The position numbers were made by a program, and so were the translations under genes. The notes beneath the pieces are model-generated. The model saw nothing but the letters and a program-made list of their open reading frames with translations, was not told where the DNA came from and made no database searches. From positions 16,311,055 through 16,375,054 of the forward strand of contig CM056596.1 in the NCBI GenBank assembly GCA_029721355.1: a DNA stretch of 64,000 nucleotides. Reading direction: 5' to 3'. The DNA comes from Tegillarca granosa. Its lineage: Eukaryota. Shown here one piece after another: positions 61,160 through 64,000 of this stretch (positions within the stretch are counted from its first letter, which is position 1; the number at the start of each line of letters is the position of its first letter).

Positions 61160-63234
61160 TAAAAAGAGGAAATAAAATACCCATACTTTCTTATGATTTT
61201 TTTGACAACCTCACTAGTTATTTCTCAAATAACAAAACAAAGATTCTGATAAATGCATAATGATAAATTTACTGCATCATGTAACACCCACAATTACAGT
61301 ACTAAACTGTCCTTGATAACATTAATACAATCTCAGCCATTAGACACATGAGTTGGTAAGGCTAATCATAGTTTTAGTTATTGAAAAATAACAAAACATT
61401 TTTTTCTTTAAACCCATAAAATTGTTATAAATTTATCTAATTTGATTGTATGTATGTGCAGTGAAACTCATCTACATGAATCTCTATTTACTGAACAATA
61501 ACTTGAACTTTAGAGTGGGGAGTTTTAGTTGGACAGAACCTACTGTACAACATGGCTAGGGGGCCAATGGCTGCCTTCTACATGATTTCACTAAAATACT
61601 CACAAGAGCTTTCCCAAACTCAGAATAGATAGATCGATTGGTTATTAATGTAGAATGGTTTAAACTAATGTCTAATTATTTCACTTACATTGAAGCATTA
61701 CTTATGGAATGCTGGAGGGACAAACTTTGGAGAAAAATCAATAAAATTAGAACCTTAGTATTCTTTTTAATTGTTTTTTTTTAAATATCATCTGACTGCG
61801 ATCCTTATGTTGTAATTTTCAAACACGTCTACCTTAATTAATCTTTATTTAGAACCAAATTATTAGTTAGTTACAAATTTGTGGCAGACATCATAACAAA
61901 ATAGATCACAAATGAAAGATAGCCAGAATTTATGGAATTATGTAAGTGTATATATATACAATGTACATGTTTATAATCTGCATACAGACAAGTGCCAGTT
62001 AATGTATCAACTAGTTTTGTTTTGAAACAAGGAATACTTATTTCTAGTATACATGTACCATGTAAATAATGAGAGAGTTACATTTAATGCCTAATATGAA
62101 CAGTGGAAGTGTCGATTTCGTAGGCTATTTGTGTCAATTTCCATGGTTATTTGTGATATCAGAGTGTAATATATCCTATGTAAGCAGCAAAGTGAGCAAT
62201 TAAATTAATAGCTTAACGTAAATGACTCCTAAATCAATGGACTTCTGTCAATCTCTAAATTAATAGTTGTGATTAATTTCACTTTAACCAATAAAAATCA
62301 CATTTTATCTTACTTGGTAATATCAGTTTTCTATTATTAGAAAACACTAATTGGTATCCATATTGTCTGTTGTTAAGCAACATAGAATTAATATGTAGTA
62401 AAGTATTAAACTACTTTCTTGGATTATCTGAATAAAAAAAGACTTCAAAGTATGGGAAATTTACCAATACACTGTATTACTTAAGGTATTAAATAGTAAT
62501 AATGCAGATGTTGTGTTAAGCATAGTGAAAAAAAGGTTAATTGATTATTATTATTTAAACCAACTTTCATAGCTGCAGGTTAAACCCTAGTGAGATGGTT
62601 AATTTTTCTTGTCATAAGTACTAACTGCCACACTTATATTCACATAAAAAATTATTCAGGGTACAACTTTAGGAAGTATAGAGGGAAACAGTAGTGCAAA
62701 CTCAAACTTATTTTTCCATTTCCATTTAACGTATTTCAATGGTCAAGCTTGAAATATCTCTTTTGTGGTATTTTTCATTTACATCACAAAATACCAGTAA
62801 TATAATTATTCAAAGTCAGGCATTTCATTTGAGCCAATCATTTTAAAAATAACCTCTTCTTCGATCATTGTAAATGTATACCCTTCTAAAAACTAAGAAG
62901 TGAAAGTAAGATTTTGAGCAGCAAAATGCTTCCAGGGGTTAAATATGTACAATTGTCATGTCAATGAGAGCCTTTCACAATACTTAAACTTTGGAAATTC
63001 TTATGTACTGAATTCTTAATGCATTCATTAATGAACACATTTTAGCAAATTTGCACAAAGGATTGATGTTAGGGAGATTTATTTTTTAAGGGTGCCAATT
63101 AACAATATTATTAAAGTAAATGTATTGAAGTCATTGTAAATTGTTTCAAATTGTTTAAAATATGAAACAGGAAATATTTAGTTTGTAACATGATTATTTG
63201 AAATACATGTAAATGTTTATTTTTGTAAGTAAAG

Positions 63235-63480
63235 GGTGGTTTTAGGCCTTGGTTGCTGAGTGCTCTAAAGCATGTGCTTACGAACCACAGTGCTCTTCAC
63301 CTTCTTCTAGTTCGAATCCCACTTGGCAGATCCTAGAGTGAGAAAGCTTGTCATTTCTCTTGCCAAAGGTTGGTGGTTTTCTCTGGGCACTTCTTTTCCT
63401 CCACCAACCCAGAACTGATCATCCAAATGTAAATGAAAAATTCTTGACTGAGGTGTAAAACACCATTACACAACTCTCAA
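63235..63480 (+). mobile_element. Full-length tRNA-derived SINE; its head plus about 50 bp of 5' flank are duplicated again at 63880-64000 (about 700-bp tandem segmental duplication)
   Basis: ggtggttttaggccttggttgctgagtgctctaaagcatgtgcttacgaaccacagtgctcttcacc...ttcgaatcccacttggcagatcctagagtgag...ccaacccagaactgatcatccaaatgtaaatgaaaaattcttgactgag. Identical sequence including the upstream flank (atgattatttgaaatacatgtaaatgtttatttttgtaagtaaag) recurs at 63887+. Confidence 0.7.
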
Positions 63481-63631
63481 CTCAAGGGTGGTATTTAAAC
63501 AATGCACAAGTGTCATCAAACAACAATACTAAAATACCTCGCAAAAGGTTTATTACCCATAAAAAATCAAACTTGTCTGTTTTGTCTTTGCTACTAATTC
63601 TAAGCAAGTTATTCTTGAAGGTAGCAATTGC

Positions 63632-63644
<13 letters not shown>

Positions 63645-63674
<30 letters not shown>
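63645..63674. repeat. (AC)n microsatellite
   Basis: About 15 units. ORF-track entry 63482..63736 is an artefact. Confidence 0.95.
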
Positions 63675-63677
<3 letters not shown>

Positions 63678-64000
63678 TGACCATTGTGACCAAATTTTTT
63701 ACAGAATTTCACAATTTGTGAAAAAAAAATATACATGTTCTTAGGAAACTAGCGAAGCTAAAATTTAAGTCAAAAGTTTTCGATTTTAGGAAAGATTTTT
63801 TTCCAGTTTTTTCACATTAAGATCACCATTACCTACTTCCATTATCATTTTAGTGAAAAATTACTTGTAACTTGATTACTTTGTAACATGATTATTTGAA
63901 ATACATGTAAATGTTTATTTTTGTAAGTAAAGGGTGGTTTTAGGCCTTGGTTGCTGAGTGCTCTAAAGCATGTGCTTACGAACCACAGTGCTCTTCACCT

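Overview
This window is eukaryotic (metazoan) nuclear DNA, not a prokaryotic locus. It is about 33% GC with long introns and many microsatellites, tRNA-derived SINEs and tandem satellites. The repeat content looks like a bivalve mollusc, but the species cannot be determined from the sequence alone. I found no CRISPR array, rRNA gene, operon or defence island. Three multi-exon protein-coding genes are recognisable by reading conserved peptides across GT-AG introns. (1) The 3' part of a TFIP11 / STIP (tuftelin-interacting protein 11) homologue lies on the + strand, with 8 exons from 2251 to 12159 and stop at 12157-12159; its 5' end is outside the window. (2) A complete RAB21 homologue lies on the - strand, with 6 exons from 24787 down to 18326. 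(3) A TBC1D15-like Rab-GAP lies on the + strand, with 14 confident coding exons from 33084 to 45925 and a tentative 6-codon first exon at 25199-25216. RAB21 and TBC1D15 are head-to-head, with only about 410 bp between the two ATGs (24788-25198); this looks like a shared bidirectional promoter, and the two genes are neighbours in human too as I recall. RAB21 exon 3 carries an apparent 1-bp frameshift inside the invariant WDTAGQE(R) switch II motif. The rest is intron or intergenic sequence packed with repeats. These include tRNA-derived SINEs in both orientations and a 45-bp minisatellite grown out of a SINE T-loop region. A MITE-like element family carries internal satellites of 177 bp and about 147 bp. 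There are two foldback (inverted-repeat) elements in the first introns of RAB21 and TBC1D15, plus a 5'-truncated LINE reverse-transcriptase fragment, a hAT-like TTF zinc-finger ORF fragment and many (AC)n, (TG)n and (TA)n microsatellites. Most ORF-track entries outside the three genes are chance ORFs in AT-rich or repeat DNA. Exon boundaries were derived by hand and may be off by a few bp.
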